Below are positions 18,233-25,903 of a stretch of DNA of 36,875 bases, one piece after another (positions within the stretch are counted from its first letter, which is position 1; each line of letters starts with the position of its first letter). Source of the stretch: a virus (Duplodnaviria > Caudoviricetes); the IMG/VR virus record IMGVR_UViG_3300033485_000049, positions 1 to 36,875 of that record; one strand, 5' to 3'. Made by a program: the position numbers and the translations under genes. Under the pieces are notes generated by a model, which was given only the letters and a program-made list of their open reading frames with translations, had not been told where the DNA came from and searched no databases.

Positions 18233-18502
18233 TCCAAACTCGGTTTTAATATCGAGAATCTTATTGCTTTTTGACTCAATTTTATCGCTGATAATTTTGA
18301 GTAATCTAGCTCTAATTCGTTGCTGTTCATCGGTGATACTACCGCCTAGTCTATATATACCGCTCAAACGATCGTAATTGATACGCAGAACCATCAACTC
18401 CTCTTCTAAGTGTCTCATTAGCTCGAAGTGAGAAATGCCCGTGAGATTACAGTATTGCTCACGTGTAACGCCATATACTTCTTCAATGCTAAACTCTTTC
18501 AT
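18227..18502 (-). CDS. Hypothetical protein, paralogue of 30462..30731
   Basis: FSIEEVYGVTREQY...RARLLK shared with the other copy; probable start MKEF at 18502. Confidence 0.8.
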   Translation of the reverse strand: MKEFSIEEVYGVTREQYCNLTGISHFELMRHLEEELMVLRINYDRLSGIYRLGGSITDEQQRIRARLLKIISDKIESKSNKILDIKTEFGL

Positions 18503-18713
18503 TCTTTGCCTCTTTGTATCCAAGATTAAACCCAAAGTCGATAAGCTCTTTTACAATCGTTTTAATCGAGTCTTTCGCTTTGGGACTCACATCGTATTTA
18601 TCCATCAATTTTCCGACTACTGCCATAGCGTCGTACTCATCTTTTACCTTTGAAAATAGCTCATCAATCTCTTTGTTATCTTCTAATTCTTTATCGGTTC
18701 TTTTTGGTCTCAT
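18489..18713 (-). CDS. Hypothetical protein
   Basis: GGAG RBS before MRPKRTDKEL; overlaps neighbouring ORFs in the operon. Confidence 0.6.
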   Translation of the reverse strand: MRPKRTDKELEDNKEIDELFSKVKDEYDAMAVVGKLMDKYDVSPKAKDSIKTIVKELIDFGFNLGYKEAKNERV

Positions 18714-18885
18714 TATTTCTCCATAAATTACTAGCATTTTTAGCTCTAAGGCATCCGCAGCTCTTAGTTAGTCCATCACGTACCGAATCATCACGACACG
18801 TAAATAAAAGCCCACAGTGGCATTTAAACACGCTCACGTTACGATACTTCTGTCTTTCATAAAACCTTACGAATTCAACTTGCAT
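18691..18885 (-). CDS. Stand-alone CxC...KSCGC zinc-ribbon protein
   Basis: FKCHCG...GLTKSCGC resembles the N-terminal domain of 24396..25049. Confidence 0.7.
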   Translation of the reverse strand: MQVEFVRFYERQKYRNVSVFKCHCGLLFTCRDDSVRDGLTKSCGCLRAKNASNLWRNNETKKNR

Positions 18886-19511
18886 TTTTCAAGCTCTCTT
18901 CGTTGTTTCTTCCACTCTCTCGCACGTTGATTAACGAGTTCACGGTTATCTGCTTGCCATTGGAGCATTTTAGCTTTTAGTGCCTCTTTTTTCTCATCAC
19001 TCAATGACGCTCGATAGTCTTTACGTTTTTGCGTTTGGACTTCTTTATTTTGGTGATAGTATTCACGTGAGTATATTCTAGCCGTTTCAATCTGTTCAGC
19101 AGTTTGGACGTGTAAAATACCAAGCTCTTTACGTTTAGCGTATGACTTCTTTTTAACTTCGTTTTTATGCTTGCGTTTTTCTTCATCACTCATATTTTTA
19201 AGCGATGTTTTATTTATAGGATTGAGTGATTTAGCTCTAGACTTTCGTGGCTTTTTGATTCGATCATCGAGCGTTTTAAGTAGCTCAGTATTTTTTATTT
19301 GAGGTATGGCTTCCTCTTTGGACTTTTTTGTGGTTTCGATATGAGCGTTTAATGTCGGCTTGGTGTTTTTATGACTAGATGATTTACGTGCGATAAATGG
19401 CTCGTGTACCTCTTCATCTTTAATTCCCATTGCTTTTTTCCATTCAATCAATGACATTGGGTTATTATTTTTTATCGCTATTAGATATTTTTCATAACCT
19501 TCGTATTTCAT
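18867..19511 (-). CDS. Basic Lys/Arg-rich hypothetical protein
   Basis: 214-aa ORF coupled to neighbours; YYHQNKE-type helical repeats. Confidence 0.65.
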   Translation of the reverse strand: MKYEGYEKYLIAIKNNNPMSLIEWKKAMGIKDEEVHEPFIARKSSSHKNTKPTLNAHIETTKKSKEEAIPQIKNTELLKTLDDRIKKPRKSRAKSLNPINKTSLKNMSDEEKRKHKNEVKKKSYAKRKELGILHVQTAEQIETARIYSREYYHQNKEVQTQKRKDYRASLSDEKKEALKAKMLQWQADNRELVNQRAREWKKQRRELEKCKLNS

Positions 19512-19855
19512 TTAATAGCCTTTGGCTTGTACATATCAGGATATGATTTAGCTTGATAAATTTTAATACGAATACAAGTATAGTCGCAACTACAAGTTCC
19601 ACACGCACTAATCATTGAATAGCCAGAAAACTCACATCCATCACACGTCTTCGGCTCAGCCATAGCCTCCATAATCGCATCTTTACCTTTAATTATCATT
19701 TCGAGTTCTTCGATTTTTGCTTGTAGTTCTTCGAGTTCTGTAATGGCTTCATTAATTAATTGTAGTGATTCTTCTATTGATCTATTATAAAATACATCTA
19801 TATTATGTGATGATTGCAAAGTTTTTAATATCTCTAATGCTTTTAACTCTTTCAT
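19508..19855 (-). CDS. Hypothetical protein (coiled coil plus Cys cluster)
   Basis: PKTCDGC...C..C.C...C; ATGA overlaps with neighbours. Confidence 0.65.
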   Translation of the reverse strand: MKELKALEILKTLQSSHNIDVFYNRSIEESLQLINEAITELEELQAKIEELEMIIKGKDAIMEAMAEPKTCDGCEFSGYSMISACGTCSCDYTCIRIKIYQAKSYPDMYKPKAIK

Positions 19856-20013
19856 GCCACTTCCTCATATTCAATATTATCAAGCAATAATTTATTCTTG
19901 ATTTTAAGCTTCAAAGATAAAAGCTTATTTGGCTTTGAGGCTTCAGAATGATGAACGTGCCCCATGAGAGTCGCTATCATGGTATGGATTATGTTTGATT
20001 GATGTGGGGTCAT
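19852..20013 (-). CDS. 53-aa hypothetical protein
   Basis: MTPHQSNIIHTMIATLMGHV...; fills the gap with ATGA overlaps at both ends. Confidence 0.5.
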   Translation of the reverse strand: MTPHQSNIIHTMIATLMGHVHHSEASKPNKLLSLKLKIKNKLLLDNIEYEEVA

Positions 20014-20231
20014 TTAACTTCGACCCATGAGCCCATAATATATTCACTTGGTAGCCCATTGCAATCCCATCCATAATCCCATAATCCATTCGTTTTTATT
20101 GAACGATAAAATTTATTATTTTCAACATAAAACTTTTCAACTGGATTTACACCTTGCTTGTATATTCCTAAGCATTTACCTGAATAACGCATTAAATGTA
20201 ATGCCCTTGAAAATGTGTAAGTCTCTTTCAT
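20010..20231 (-). CDS. Hypothetical protein
   Basis: MKETYTFSRAL...IMGSWVEVK; probable start at the second Met. Confidence 0.6.
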   Translation of the reverse strand: MKETYTFSRALHLMRYSGKCLGIYKQGVNPVEKFYVENNKFYRSIKTNGLWDYGWDCNGLPSEYIMGSWVEVK

Positions 20232-20232
20232 C

Positions 20233-20541
20233 TTATTCCACCAACTCAATCGCACGATTCAAGGAGTCGATAGCCTCTTGTAAATCTTGCTTAAAATCTT
20301 TAACGCCTCTTTGCCCTGGTGCTAACATTTTTTTGATAGCGTGTTGTTGAGCAGGGTTTGTGACGTTAAATGATTTGAGAACATCATAAACGTCAATATA
20401 AACTCCTTTACATTCACGTTGGTATTTGTTAGCAGTAGTAACCGCATATTCTTTATCTATGTAAATACGAGCGTTACTGACTTCTTCATATCTCAACTCA
20501 TCTTCCATTTCTTCTAATTGCTCTTTTTTACTTTGACTCAT
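20233..20541 (-). CDS. DUF3310-like phage protein
   Basis: IDVYDVL..F.VTNPAQQHAIKKMLAPGQRGVKD..QDL.EA. Confidence 0.75.
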   Translation of the reverse strand: MSQSKKEQLEEMEDELRYEEVSNARIYIDKEYAVTTANKYQRECKGVYIDVYDVLKSFNVTNPAQQHAIKKMLAPGQRGVKDFKQDLQEAIDSLNRAIELVE

Positions 20542-20677
20542 CTTTTACCCCTTTCAGCTCTTTATATCCCGCCCAAAAATCGGAAGGGGATACGTTGTAT
20601 TTCTGCATTACTTGAAATGCTCCGACGCTCTCGTTTTTCATGTACTCGTTAAGTGCTAGTGCTACTTGGTTGCTCAT
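20528..20677 (-). CDS. 49-aa putative mini-HTH protein
   Basis: AAGGA RBS; MSNQVALALNEYMKNESVGAFQVMQKYNVSPSDFWAGYKELKG... Confidence 0.55.
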   Translation of the reverse strand: MSNQVALALNEYMKNESVGAFQVMQKYNVSPSDFWAGYKELKGVKDESK

Positions 20678-20728
20678 CTAACATCCTTTTAATTTAGGTA
20701 GTGGTGTGTTTTGGCTTGCTTTTCTAAA

Positions 20729-20968
20729 CTATGTAGGATTGCAAACTTTGATTAAAGCCATATTGCTATCACTTAACTCTTCGTTACGCTCACGTAGCTT
20801 AATTAATTCGTGATTGAAATTATTATGCTTTACAATAACATATTTAATTTGAGCCTCTAACGACTCGATGTGAGCGTCTTGTTGATAGCTGATATAAACT
20901 CGAAAACTAATGAATAGCCAAAAACCAATCATTGCTATAAAAGCGATAATAGCTAAAATGTTTTTCAT
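20729..20968 (-). CDS. Protein with N-terminal TM and coiled coil
   Basis: MKNILAIIAFIAMIGFWLFISF followed by heptads; GAGGT RBS. Confidence 0.65.
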   Translation of the reverse strand: MKNILAIIAFIAMIGFWLFISFRVYISYQQDAHIESLEAQIKYVIVKHNNFNHELIKLRERNEELSDSNMALIKVCNPT

Positions 20969-21129
20969 CTCGATACCTCGCAATCATCATAAGTCGGGGT
21001 GAATACAGTTATATTCCCATCGGTAGTTTGCCAAAATGCTTTACCATCACGACAAACTAAATTTGGATTAGACTCGCTACACCCAATCAACGTTGCAATT
21101 AGAATTAGAGTTGCTACAATCTTAATCAT
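20965..21129 (-). CDS. 54-aa predicted lipoprotein
   Basis: GGAGGT RBS; MIKIVATLILIATLIG|CSESNP lipobox; two further Cys. Confidence 0.7.
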   Translation of the reverse strand: MIKIVATLILIATLIGCSESNPNLVCRDGKAFWQTTDGNITVFTPTYDDCEVSR

Positions 21130-21248
21130 CTAACCACCTCCGTTTTTTCATAGTAAATGTCATAGTTTGACATTAAAGCGAATACGCTAAAGTAGCCGAT
21201 AATAATCATAACCGAAATACCGATTTCTGCTAGTTTTTTGCGGGTCAT
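21126..21248 (-). CDS. 40-aa single-TM protein
   Basis: MTRKKLAEIGISVMIIIGYFSVFALMS...; ATGA-coupled. Confidence 0.6.
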   Translation of the reverse strand: MTRKKLAEIGISVMIIIGYFSVFALMSNYDIYYEKTEVVR

Positions 21249-21382
21249 ACTTCAACCTTTCGGCTTGCCTTATATTCATTGAGTAAATCTTGAGCGTTTA
21301 TGCCAAACTTAATAGCTACATGATGGAAGCTGAGAGTATTATTATTTGTGATATAAATCACGGCTTTTTGTAGGTTTGTCAT
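21245..21382 (-). CDS. 45-aa putative mini-HTH protein
   Basis: AAGGA RBS; MTNLQKAVIYITNNNTLSFHHVAIKFGINAQDLLNEYKASRKVEV. Confidence 0.6.
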   Translation of the reverse strand: MTNLQKAVIYITNNNTLSFHHVAIKFGINAQDLLNEYKASRKVEV

Positions 21383-21487
21383 TTAGTTTCCTTTTTTGTT
21401 TTTGTATCTTCGTATGGCTTATCCATCACATCCACCCCTTACTTTCCAAAAAATTAACCGCTTTATCAAACCATGATTCAATTTTGT

Positions 21488-22105
21488 TCATACTTCTTCC
21501 TTTTCAACATATCCAGTCGGTTCAGCTGGTGACATTTCAATAATTTTAAAGATGATTGTTTTCCATTTATCCCACCACTCTAGCGCACCACCATCCATGC
21601 TTTTAATTTTCTCATAGTCAAAGTTTTTCCATTCTTCAATCTCATAAGACTGGCAACCGATGTTTAAAATAGAATCAGTATATGAAACCATATATTTTTC
21701 AATTTGGAACGATCGTAATGATCTCATCTCTCCAATTGCATAGCGCAGGTCGGCAGAGCGCAGGTCGGCAGAGCTCAGGTTGGCAGAGCGCAGGTCGGCA
21801 GAGCTCAGGTCGGCAGAGCTCAGGTCAGCAGAGCTCAGGTCGGCAGAGCGCAGGTCGGCAGAGCTCAGGTCGGCAGAGCTCAGGTCAGCAGAGCTCAGGT
21901 CGGCAGAGCGCAGGTCGGCAGAGCTCAGGTCGGCAGAGCGCAGGTTGGCAGAGCGCAGGTCGGCAGAGCGCAGGTCGGCAGAGCTCAGGTCGGCAGAGCG
22001 CAGGTTGGCAGAGCGCAGGTCGGCTCTAACACCACCATCATTATTTAACCACTTCCTATGAAGCTCTAAAATTTCTTTTAGTTCTTCTGCTGTGTATTTT
22101 TTCAT
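21488..22105 (-). CDS. Pentapeptide repeat protein
   Basis: 19 A(D/N)L(R/S)S units flanked by ILELHRKWL and LNIGCQ...EW domains. Confidence 0.92.
   Translation of the reverse strand: MKKYTAEELKEILELHRKWLNNDGGVRADLRSANLRSADLSSADLRSADLRSANLRSADLSSADLRSADLSSADLSSADLSSADLRSADLSSADLSSADLSSADLRSANLSSADLRSADLRYAIGEMRSLRSFQIEKYMVSYTDSILNIGCQSYEIEEWKNFDYEKIKSMDGGALEWWDKWKTIIFKIIEMSPAEPTGYVEKEEV
21740..22024. repeat. 15-bp GC-rich tandem repeat (19 units) encoding the pentapeptides
   Basis: Unit ag(c)(g/t)caggt(c/t)ggcag-like repeats directly visible. Confidence 0.95.
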
Positions 22106-22125
22106 ATTTTCACCTCTTTTTATTT

Positions 22126-22495
22126 AAAGTTAGTTGCAAGCGTCGCCAGATGTTCGTTATGGCTGCGACCAATGATCTGTTAATCCAGTATTCCTTGCTT
22201 AAACTTTTAACCAAACTCATACCGCTTGACTACACCACGTTGTCATTCTCTTTGGTTTAAGATAGCTCGGCATGAGTTTGGTTAAAAACTCTTTGTAGTA
22301 ATATAAGTACGTCTAAATACACAATGATTTACTGTAACTTATATCACTATTAAAAGCTTTCGGTGAAGTACACAACACAATGGTAGTGTATCCTTTAACT
22401 GGATTTTAACACTTTCTAGCCCTCGTAATAACCAATGTGTACTTCATATAAAGCTTTTCTACTCGACAATGATAATTCAAATAACCTTTTTCGTA
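22126..22495 (-). ncRNA. Candidate structured ncRNA or long leader (four tandem hairpins)
   Basis: ORF-free; stems 22126-22207, 22205-22287, 22296-22349, 22352-22458; TGTTACAAT -10 at 22501-22509 on the minus strand. Confidence 0.55.
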
Positions 22496-22567
22496 GTGTC
22501 ATTGTAACACACAATTCTTTAATATTTATTAAATAACCTTACATATTATAAAGAAATGATACAAAAA

Positions 22568-22993
22568 CTATTTTGAAGCTTCATTCCATAAATCTCTCGA
22601 AGGAAATGGTGGGATTTTAATACCCTTCTTTTCGCCAAAGATTAATACTATGTAATCGATCAGCATATCGAGTTGTTTACGTTTTAATTTAGTAGTGCTA
22701 TCAATACTAAAAAGCGTTTTAATTAATCCTTTTATGATCTGCTCTTTTACTAAAGACATACTCCAACCAATATCATTTTGAAAAATTCCAGTCATATAGA
22801 GATTGTTCGCATTTAGAACCGTTGCGATTTGAGTACACCACAAATGCAAAGCGTTGTTTTGTGCGAGTGTTCGACTATCCATGTTTTTAATGTCGATCAC
22901 GTAAATAGCGTCCGATAGCGTTGCCAGTTGTTCTGCATCGGCTTCGCTATTTGGGGTTAGCGTGCCGTATTGCTTACGTAGGGTTATTTTCAT
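22568..22993 (-). CDS. NinB/Orf-like recombination accessory protein
   Basis: RTLAQNNALHLWCTQIA and STTKL...LIDYI motifs; adjacent to the exonuclease. Confidence 0.6.
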   Translation of the reverse strand: MKITLRKQYGTLTPNSEADAEQLATLSDAIYVIDIKNMDSRTLAQNNALHLWCTQIATVLNANNLYMTGIFQNDIGWSMSLVKEQIIKGLIKTLFSIDSTTKLKRKQLDMLIDYIVLIFGEKKGIKIPPFPSRDLWNEASK

Positions 22994-23592
22994 TTCTTTA
23001 ATTTACTATAATTTAATTCTAGCTCATTAACAAAATCATTTAAATGAGTTTCCATCTTTTTAATATACTCTTCATCACGATAAACTCTAATTTCATAAAA
23101 GTCCATAGATGGATGAAATGCAAGAAAATCCCACCACTCACGCCCACTTATCATTAAGCTACCCATCACTTGTGGTTTATACTCCAAAGGAAGCCCACCG
23201 TCGAGCATATATTTAACAACCGTACTGGCTTTAGGACTTTTAATCTCTAACCCACCGTTATCGCCTATAAGACCATCAGGGCTAATTCCTATTGTCATTT
23301 CGTCATTAAAAATCATTCCTACTTGTTGCACTTCTACTTCGTGCATAAATTCATACGAAGCTCTCGCTAAAGGTTCAATCTCATTGCCACGATCCATCCA
23401 TTCAGACTTAAAAAATCCTTCTCGATCTTTAGTGAGTCTTTCCGCTATAAGCTCATACATATAAGCCTTATAGCTTGTTGATTTATCCCCCTTCAATGGC
23501 GTGATAATATCTTTAAATCTTGACGCAGTCGGAACACCTAAGCGAAGTGCGTGCCACTCATCACTCCCCTGCTCAAGATTTAGGATTTTCAT
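22990..23592 (-). CDS. YqaJ / lambda-exonuclease-like recombinase
   Basis: QGSDEWHALRLG.PTAS, RGNEIEPLAR, SPDGL, LEIKSP, PQV. Confidence 0.93.
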   Translation of the reverse strand: MKILNLEQGSDEWHALRLGVPTASRFKDIITPLKGDKSTSYKAYMYELIAERLTKDREGFFKSEWMDRGNEIEPLARASYEFMHEVEVQQVGMIFNDEMTIGISPDGLIGDNGGLEIKSPKASTVVKYMLDGGLPLEYKPQVMGSLMISGREWWDFLAFHPSMDFYEIRVYRDEEYIKKMETHLNDFVNELELNYSKLKK

Positions 23593-24178
23593 CTTTTTTA
23601 GCCTTTTGAGTTAATAGGTTAATAACGTGCTTCAATTGAACGCCCGATAAATCTGCAACTGCTCCTACTTTGTAATTCTTTAAAATCCAAGTAGTTGTGG
23701 CATCTGAATCTGACGTATTTTTTATTAATACCGAAAGCTCCTCTCTCATTTCAATAGTGTCATCGGTCATATCGCTCGGACGGTTATTCATATCTTCAGG
23801 GTCAATATCACTTAATCCCAAAATACGAATAGTTAAAATTCTGCTCCAATAACCAAATTGCTTACCTCTTTCAATTTCTGCATCAAGATACATTTCATTA
23901 CCGTTTTTATCTTTACGTGGAGCAACAGTAGGTAATTTAATACATGATTCTATACTATCCCCACTTCCAACGTGCCAAAGGGTAACAACTACACTATCAT
24001 CTTTCATGGTAGAAATTATCTCTAAGCCACATTCGATTAACGGCTGTTGGATTGTCTTGATAACATTATCCTCTCCTGCAAACTTCCAAGAACCACCCCC
24101 CCCGTCTTTTTGCTTATCTGCTACAAGAGTAACGCCTTTTTTTCTAAAATCTGATTTAGCTTTTAACAATTCTTTCAT
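23573..24178 (-). CDS. ERF-like ssDNA-annealing protein
   Basis: PLIECGL, TLWH.GSG..IE, G...Y..R....ILGL...D is a divergent ERF signature; adjacent to the exonuclease. Confidence 0.65.
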   Translation of the reverse strand: MKELLKAKSDFRKKGVTLVADKQKDGGGGSWKFAGEDNVIKTIQQPLIECGLEIISTMKDDSVVVTLWHVGSGDSIESCIKLPTVAPRKDKNGNEMYLDAEIERGKQFGYWSRILTIRILGLSDIDPEDMNNRPSDMTDDTIEMREELSVLIKNTSDSDATTTWILKNYKVGAVADLSGVQLKHVINLLTQKAKKDENPKS

Positions 24179-24399
24179 ACAAAATCCTTCACATTAATAT
24201 CAAAATCAATCATTTCGCCAGTTTCTTGGCACTCAATTTGGATAACAATATTATCGCTATCCTCTCCGTCTTCGATAGCCTCTTTTATTTGTCGAACTAT
24301 CTCAGGCTCATCGCTTTTTTCCAACTCGTAAAACTCCATACGGATACCACGGTTTCCGTCAATATCCGAGCCGTAGTTTTTTTCAATTATTCTAATCAT
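24175..24399 (-). CDS. Acidic hypothetical protein
   Basis: NYGSDIDGNRG motif; ATGA-coupled. Confidence 0.65.
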   Translation of the reverse strand: MIRIIEKNYGSDIDGNRGIRMEFYELEKSDEPEIVRQIKEAIEDGEDSDNIVIQIECQETGEMIDFDINVKDFV

Positions 24400-25049
24400 C
24401 TTATTACCACCTTGTTTAATGTATGCTCAAGATTATTCTCTAAAACATAATTATCATAAGCTTTTGCAGCATCTATTGCGTGTGCAAAAGTTCCTATATA
24501 CTTTTTATTTCCATTTATGCCTACTACCGCCCTCCATCTTTTTGTTAATTTATGGAAACTTACTCCTCTATACCCACTTGTATTATTTGATTGGAGTAAA
24601 CGTTTATTTCTTGATTGCATTGTTTTTGTAGCCCATCTACAATTATTAGGTTCATAATTACCATTATTGTCTATCCTGTCAATACTTAAATCTTTTTGAT
24701 AGCTTGGATACATATCTTCAATGAATTTATTAATATCCATCCATCTTTCACAAACCTCGATACCTCTTCCGCCATACTTATCAAAATGTTTTACTTTTGG
24801 ATTGTTAGTTCTCCTTATCATATTATCCCATGTATGGTATAGTGGATGGTTAGACAGCCCATGTTTTTTATAACAACCGCATGATTTAGTATTTCCCCGT
24901 TGTACATTATCAGTTCTTGTTTTAAATTCAACCCCACAACTACACCTATAAATACCATAGCTAGATTTTTGTTTAGATGTAGCAGTAGGGTATGAATACC
25001 CCAGATCTTCAATTAAAACTAGCATTGTTGTATTAATTATTTCTAACAT
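24396..25049 (-). CDS. HNH homing endonuclease with N-terminal zinc ribbon and C-terminal AP2 domain
   Basis: CSCG..KSCGC, YGGRGIEVCERW, SIDRIDNNGNYEPNNCRWAT, NTSGYRGV...AAKAYD. Confidence 0.9.
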   Translation of the reverse strand: MLEIINTTMLVLIEDLGYSYPTATSKQKSSYGIYRCSCGVEFKTRTDNVQRGNTKSCGCYKKHGLSNHPLYHTWDNMIRRTNNPKVKHFDKYGGRGIEVCERWMDINKFIEDMYPSYQKDLSIDRIDNNGNYEPNNCRWATKTMQSRNKRLLQSNNTSGYRGVSFHKLTKRWRAVVGINGNKKYIGTFAHAIDAAKAYDNYVLENNLEHTLNKVVIR

Positions 25050-25055
25050 TAAAGT

Positions 25056-25126
25056 CCTCCACGACTTAAAAATTTATGAGAGAGGTAAATGCGTGGAGGC
25101 AGTAGATTACCTCTCGAATAAACTTT
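25056..25126 (-). promoter_or_regulatory. Predicted SD-sequestering pseudoknot leader of the HNH-AP2 gene
   Basis: Arms 25069-25088 / 25107-25126; loop 25092-25099 complementary to 25056-25063 (GGAGG SD); TATACT at 25137-25142 on the minus strand. Confidence 0.75.
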
Positions 25127-25136
25127 CTACTTTAAA

Positions 25137-25207
25137 AGTATAACGAAACAATTATTAATTTAGTATTAATTTAACCTCTTGACAATAAATATTATAACGT
25201 GTATAAT
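25137..25207. promoter_or_regulatory. Divergent early promoter region
   Basis: Leftward TATACT at 25137-25142; rightward TTGACA at 25179 and TATAAT at 25202 (17-bp spacing). Confidence 0.7.
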
Positions 25208-25233
25208 TTCGTAATACATAAAAAAGGAATGAA

Positions 25234-25419
25234 ATGAGTGATACAAATTTGTTTAAATCCTATGAGATTGCAGAGCGTTTTGGTATTCCGAAACAAACTG
25301 CTTCGAATTGGGCAAAAGAAGATAAAACATGGAGAAAACAACTCTATACACAATTAGAGAAGTTTTTAGCAAGAGAGTTAGCTGAGAAGGCTATTAAGAT
25401 GGGAGATAAAAATGTTTAA
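25234..25419 (+). CDS. Cro-like HTH transcription regulator
   Basis: EIAERFGIPKQTASNW helix-turn-helix; first rightward gene. Confidence 0.75.
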   Translation: MSDTNLFKSYEIAERFGIPKQTASNWAKEDKTWRKQLYTQLEKFLARELAEKAIKMGDKNV

Positions 25420-25867
25420 CCAATTAACGCTACTTGGAAATTTAACACGTGACATCGAGCTAAAATACACTCAATCAGGAATCGCAGTTGCATCGACTGG
25501 AATTGCAACATCACATAAATTCAAAGTGAACGAAGAGCAGCGAGAAGAGGTTATGTTTATTGACTTAACTTTTTTTGGTCGTAGCGGTGAAATTGCAAAC
25601 CAATATTTACGTAAAGGGTCAAAAGTATTCATTACTGGACGATTAAAACTTGACCAATGGGATGATAAAGAGACAGGCGTAAAACGCTCAAAGCATACGG
25701 TAATTGTTGAAACTATGAAAATGCTGGACTCAAAACCAACAGATGGACAGCAAGAACAAAAACCATACACGCCACCTACTCCACAGTATGAGAGAGCACC
25801 CGCTCAACCTATGCCTGAAAATACGCTTCCATCAATCGACATCGACATGGAGACAATCCCATTTTAA
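25412..25867 (+). CDS. ssb: Single-stranded DNA-binding protein
   Basis: LLGNLTRDIELKY, YLRKGSKV, acidic C-terminus ending IPF. Confidence 0.96.
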   Translation: MFNQLTLLGNLTRDIELKYTQSGIAVASTGIATSHKFKVNEEQREEVMFIDLTFFGRSGEIANQYLRKGSKVFITGRLKLDQWDDKETGVKRSKHTVIVETMKMLDSKPTDGQQEQKPYTPPTPQYERAPAQPMPENTLPSIDIDMETIPF

Positions 25868-25903
25868 TCTGCATTTTTTGCAGGTTATGATATAATACTG
25901 ATA

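Noticed and set aside
21682-22061. Plus-strand ORFs (SAGRQ and AERRS repeats), or a CRISPR-like array
   Set aside because: These are shadow frames of the 15-bp coding repeat with no unique spacers; the minus-strand pentapeptide frame has an RBS and proper flanking domains
22385-22395. tgtatcctt as antisense to the initiator RBS (aaggataca, 27078-27086)
   Set aside because: Only 9 nt, and on the strand opposite to the one supported by the promoter and G-U pairs
22106-22500. tRNA or tmRNA gene
   Set aside because: No cloverleaf, T-loop consensus or CCA end is recognisable on either strand
24096-24103. G8 tract as a phase-variation switch in the ERF-like gene
   Set aside because: It encodes part of a Gly run in an intact frame; it is a single borderline tract with no evidence of slippage without reads
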